DNA from: a virus
Taxonomy: Duplodnaviria; Caudoviricetes
IMG/VR virus record: IMGVR_UViG_3300046804_001071
Span: 1-53,241 of that record
DNA: 53,241 bases
Reading direction: 5' to 3' (one strand)
The notes beneath the pieces were generated by a model. It was not told the DNA's origin and made no database searches. It worked only from the letters and a program-made list of their open reading frames with translations. Position 1 is the first letter of the stretch. Each line of letters begins with the position of its first letter. A program made the position numbers and the translations under genes. Below, in pieces: positions 50,229-53,241 of the stretch.

Positions 50229-50240
50229 GTGTGCTATTCT
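50211..50240 (+). promoter_or_regulatory. tmRNA promoter (putative)
   Basis: TTGTTA-N18-TATTCT with TGn extension. Confidence 0.5.
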
Positions 50241-50268
50241 GTAAATAGATAACTCAATAGTGACAAAC

Positions 50269-50603
50269 GGGGATGACTGGTTTCGACAGTTATTCTGAAG
50301 TTGGTGAAGCAAGCCGAGATAGCGGAGTCTCGTAAAACCGCTAAACAAAATAAATGCTGAATCTCGTTCTGCATTCGCTCTAGCTGCCTAACAGTAGTTT
50401 AGACGCCCCTGGCAAAGCACTAGTCTTAGGTGGGCAGCCAGGTTTTAAATAAGTAGGACAACCTGCAGTACGTCTATGCTGGAGACGTAAAACTGAAGCA
50501 CCACAGGATGTGGTAGTTCGGTCCTGGAAATATAAACTGCCTAAGCTTGTAGAAGAACAATGGATCCGTAACTGGACCGGGGTTCGATTCCCCGCATCTC
50601 CAC
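50269..50603 (+). ncRNA. ssrA: tmRNA
   Basis: 5' GGGGATGACTGGTTTCGAC; 3' T-arm CGGGGTTCGATTCCCCG then CATCTCCA; G3:U alanine identity pair; tag ORF 50356-50391 AESRSAFALAA*. CCA is not fully encoded. Confidence 0.97.
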
Positions 50604-50611
50604 GGAAAAGC

Positions 50612-50641
50612 TTGACACGACGGGAGAGGTCGTGTTAGGCT
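50612..50641 (+). promoter_or_regulatory. Promoter embedded in an inverted repeat
   Basis: TTGACA-N18-TAGGCT; hairpin TTGACACGAC-GGGAGAG-GTCGTGTTAG. Confidence 0.65.
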
Positions 50642-50647
50642 AATCTA

Positions 50648-50973
50648 CTGGCCTAGACATGCAGCAGACGCATGGCCCATAGCAACCCTAGTAATACCAA
50701 TGGACAGCGAAGACCAACACCCTCTTAGAGGACGTAAGTTAGTACCTGAGACGTGAGCTAGGCTCTGCATCGGATTCGAGAGTCGCGCCTCGATCTGGGT
50801 CTTATTATGAGAAAGAAATAGTGAGCCGCTGACTCCACCAACTGATCAGGGTGAAGCCGGGCGACTTTATATATGTACCAGACCGTTAGGCGGTCGAACG
50901 GGTAATGGCTGTCCGGACGGACAGCTCGATGCCCGGGGCAAACACCCGTCACTTCGGTGGCGGGTTTTTGTTT
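50648..50973 (+). ncRNA. Unidentified ~320-nt structured RNA
   Basis: Own promoter and terminator, many complementary segments, no credible ORF. Confidence 0.65.
50944..50973 (+). terminator. Intrinsic terminator
   Basis: ACCCGTCAC-TTCG-GTGGCGGGT-TTTTGTTT. Confidence 0.9.
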
Positions 50974-51051
50974 GTACAAACTTAGGATTAAGAATGTACA
51001 AAGCGTGGTACCATATAAACAGGAAAAGCGTAACTTTATACAAGAAGAGAA

Positions 51052-51747
51052 GTGATGGACGCCCTTAACCCTGGTAAAGCCCTACTATATGCCCGAGTAT
51101 CCACTCAGCTGCAGGTAAACGACGGAGTTTCGTTGGATGTTCAGGAGCGAACCCTAATCACCGCCGCCGAGTTCCACGGGTTCAAGGATTTCGAAGTTAT
51201 CCGCGAGGAAGGCCGATCTGGTAAAAGTATCAAGGGTCGACCAGTATTAACAGACGCCCTTACTAGATTAGAGTCCGGCGAAGCAAACGCCCTTATTGTT
51301 ACCCGAATCGACCGACTTGCTAGGTCGACCACTGACTTCTTGGACATTGTGGACCGAGCAAGCAAAAAAGGCTGGCGTTTGATCATGCTGGACCTAAATC
51401 TGGACACTTCGACCTATCAAGGACGCTTTGTGGTCACAGTAATGAGTGCTTTGGCCGAAATGGAGCGCGGAATCATAGCCGCGAGACAGAAAGACGTCCA
51501 CAAGGACCGTAGAGACCGTGGCATAGTTTGGGGGGTAGATATGGGGCCGAAAAACCGCACTTTACCCGAAATCAAGGAAAGAATCGTGGCTGAGAGGGCT
51601 GCTGGAAAGAGTTTTGGCAAGATAGCCGACGGATTAAATGCAGATGGTATACCTACACAAAACAACAGAAAGTGGTATGCTTCGACTGTGAAGAACATAG
51701 TAGACGCCCTTATTGAAGGAGAAGCTGATGGCAAGACGGAAATCTAA
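51052..51747 (+). CDS. Serine recombinase (resolvase catalytic domain plus short recombinase DNA-binding domain)
   Basis: YARVST, SGKS..RP, RIDRLARS, AEMER, IADGLNADGIPT...W. Confidence 0.92.
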   Translation: MMDALNPGKALLYARVSTQLQVNDGVSLDVQERTLITAAEFHGFKDFEVIREEGRSGKSIKGRPVLTDALTRLESGEANALIVTRIDRLARSTTDFLDIVDRASKKGWRLIMLDLNLDTSTYQGRFVVTVMSALAEMERGIIAARQKDVHKDRRDRGIVWGVDMGPKNRTLPEIKERIVAERAAGKSFGKIADGLNADGIPTQNNRKWYASTVKNIVDALIEGEADGKTEI

Positions 51748-52060
51748 TGTTCCTGATGGTCCAAAGCCAAATGATGGTTGGACTGTTGTAACCGAGATGC
51801 AGATCAATGGACGACATGTTGTTAAGGGGACAGAACTTAAGATCAGCAAGGAGCGAGGACGTTTTCGCTTCGTAAAACACGTCACTACCGAGAATGGTAC
51901 CGAGTGGGTGGATGTTTGGGGTGGACCGAAAGGGATGCCTTGTCTCCGTAGCTTCCGACTCGACCGAGTGAAGCGAGTCCACTACAAGAACCAGACGGAC
52001 GAGAATTTGGCAGCTGAGTATAAACAGAAGCAGAAAGATAAGAAGGCTGAAGATGAGTAA
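51728..52060 (+). CDS. Hypothetical protein (SH3-like)
   Basis: GTELKI..ERGRFRF...EWVDVWGG...RSFR. Confidence 0.65.
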   Translation: MARRKSNVPDGPKPNDGWTVVTEMQINGRHVVKGTELKISKERGRFRFVKHVTTENGTEWVDVWGGPKGMPCLRSFRLDRVKRVHYKNQTDENLAAEYKQKQKDKKAEDE

Positions 52061-52388
52061 TGAAGAACAGGCAGAAGGCACTGACTTTAAGACAAAGTGC
52101 GAGATTTTAGCCGAGCTTTGGCTGAATGAACGAGACAATGAAGACTTTGACGACTTCATCGAGTATAACGACCTGGGGCTACCTTTGGCGTATTGCATCT
52201 CTAGTGGAATTGTAGAAGAGACGGACCGTGCTCGCGGTTTCATCGAAGAAGCCTGGGCCCTGCTGCTAGGAAGTCTAGGTATTGACGAGGGCGAAGAATT
52301 TGAGTCCTTAGATGAAGTTCTGGCTGCAGGACTTGAATTCGACTTCGAGGGTGATTTTGAAGATGAAGAAGAGGAAGATGAAGAATAA
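52053..52388 (+). CDS. Acidic hypothetical protein
   Basis: KCEILAELW...FIEYNDLGLPLAY; poly-acidic tail. Confidence 0.7.
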   Translation: MSNEEQAEGTDFKTKCEILAELWLNERDNEDFDDFIEYNDLGLPLAYCISSGIVEETDRARGFIEEAWALLLGSLGIDEGEEFESLDEVLAAGLEFDFEGDFEDEEEEDEE

Positions 52389-52491
52389 TAAACGCGGCTA
52401 TCCCTGCCGGAGACATCGAATCAGGTTCATGGGAAGTTACTGTCCAGCTTGTTACAAAGAACGTAGAAAGAAGGAAAAAAATGTCCACTAA
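52378..52491 (+). CDS. 37-aa micro zinc-finger protein (not in ORF track)
   Basis: MKNNKRGYPCRRHRIRFMGSYCPACYKERRKKEKNVH; CxxH-x8-CxxC; overlaps both neighbours. Confidence 0.5.
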   Translation: MKNNKRGYPCRRHRIRFMGSYCPACYKERRKKEKNVH

Positions 52492-52909
52492 TGAAGAGGC
52501 CATGGAATACAAGGAAGAATACGAGTCTTGGATAGAAGACTACGAGGTGGATGACTTTCTAGAGAATACTCCTGAAAACTGGGAAAAGGTCCAGAAGATG
52601 GACCCTCGTCTAGTGTGGACGGCTCATGGGACTTGCGAAGATCCTCAGGTTACTTCTGGTGCTCGTATGTATGGTGGTCGATGCTGCTGGGATACTTATG
52701 GGTGGCACATTGCAAAGAAGCAATGGGAAATCCAGGGCGATATCGATAGCACTTTCGAGTCATACAAGACTGGCATCTACAGCAACTGCCCTTCGTGCAA
52801 TGCTGACGGAGAAGATGAAATAGAAGAGTCGGACGTAGAGTGTCCTGGGGACGAGAACTTTCCTGAGTGCGAGTGCTACGACGGATACATCAACTACTAC
52901 TGGGACTAA
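52481..52909 (+). CDS. Acidic Cys-rich hypothetical protein
   Basis: SD AAGGA; CPSC...CPG...ECEC. Confidence 0.65.
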   Translation: MSTNEEAMEYKEEYESWIEDYEVDDFLENTPENWEKVQKMDPRLVWTAHGTCEDPQVTSGARMYGGRCCWDTYGWHIAKKQWEIQGDIDSTFESYKTGIYSNCPSCNADGEDEIEESDVECPGDENFPECECYDGYINYYWD

Positions 52910-52910
52910 T

Positions 52911-53241
52911 ATGAGAAAGATTGTTCTAGTTACTGGTGGGTTCGACCCTGTCCACTCAGGGCACGTGTCTTATATTAGGGCTGCCCGAAAGTTAGGCGAC
53001 GCCCTTATTGTTGGAGTCAACTCGGACTCGTGGCTGGTAAGGAAAAAGGGAGAGCCGTTCATGCCACTCGACGAGCGTGGGGCGATTATCGAGGAGTTCA
53101 AATCAGTAGACGCCGTTATTGTTTTCGACGACTCGGACGGCACTGCAATAGACGCCATTAATCAGGTATTAGAGATGTATCCAGAGGATGAAGTTATCTT
53201 TGCAAATGGTGGGGATAGAACACTTGACAATATTCCAGAGA
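52911..53241 (+). CDS. Second cytidylyl/adenylyltransferase; 3' end lies outside the window
   Basis: MRKIVLVTGGFDPVHSGH...GVNSD.WL.RKKG.PFMP..ER...FANGGDR. Confidence 0.85.
   Translation, partial: MRKIVLVTGGFDPVHSGHVSYIRAARKLGDALIVGVNSDSWLVRKKGEPFMPLDERGAIIEEFKSVDAVIVFDDSDGTAIDAINQVLEMYPEDEVIFANGGDRTLDNIPE

Noticed and set aside
50604-50800. HDV-like (theta) ribozyme after tmRNA
   Set aside because: A 7-bp G-initiated stem exists, but no P3/L3, P1.1 or J4/2 catalytic C arrangement could be placed.
50758-50979. 73-aa minus-strand ORF
   Set aside because: Antisense to a promoter/terminator-bounded structured RNA; starts at the terminator; no protein-like features.
51052-52060. IS607-type element
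   Set aside because: No N-terminal HTH on the recombinase and no TnpB downstream.

Overview
53 kb segment of a tailed dsDNA phage (siphovirus layout, no sheath gene) with an actinobacterial host. Host evidence: two WhiB genes, DUF3039, class Ib nrdH-nrdI-nrdF, a tmRNA with tag AESRSAFALAA, and leaderless TANNNT promoters. Moderate GC and heavy CTA-Leu use suggest a freshwater Microbacteriaceae-like host (inference). Gene order: (1) virion genes 1-19.8 kb: hexamer and pentamer capsid proteins, tail tube, adaptor, chaperones, tape measure, Dit/Tal-like proteins, S74 fibre; (2) replication 20.5-27 kb: PolA, RuvC-like, SNF2 helicase, Cas4-like exonuclease, Sak4-like ATPase, SSB; (3) accessory and sugar-handling genes; (4) primase-helicase; (5) a 2026-aa Thr-rich collagen fibre bracketed by glyco-enzyme genes; (6) RNR and host-like genes; (7) tmRNA, an unidentified ~320-nt structured RNA and a serine recombinase. 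Best novelty candidates: the orphan ncRNA after tmRNA, the collagen/glycosylation cassette, a second structured RNA at ~49.0 kb, and recurring GGGAGAG-loop hairpins complementary to phage translation-start regions. All family calls come from motif recognition by eye; no searches were run.
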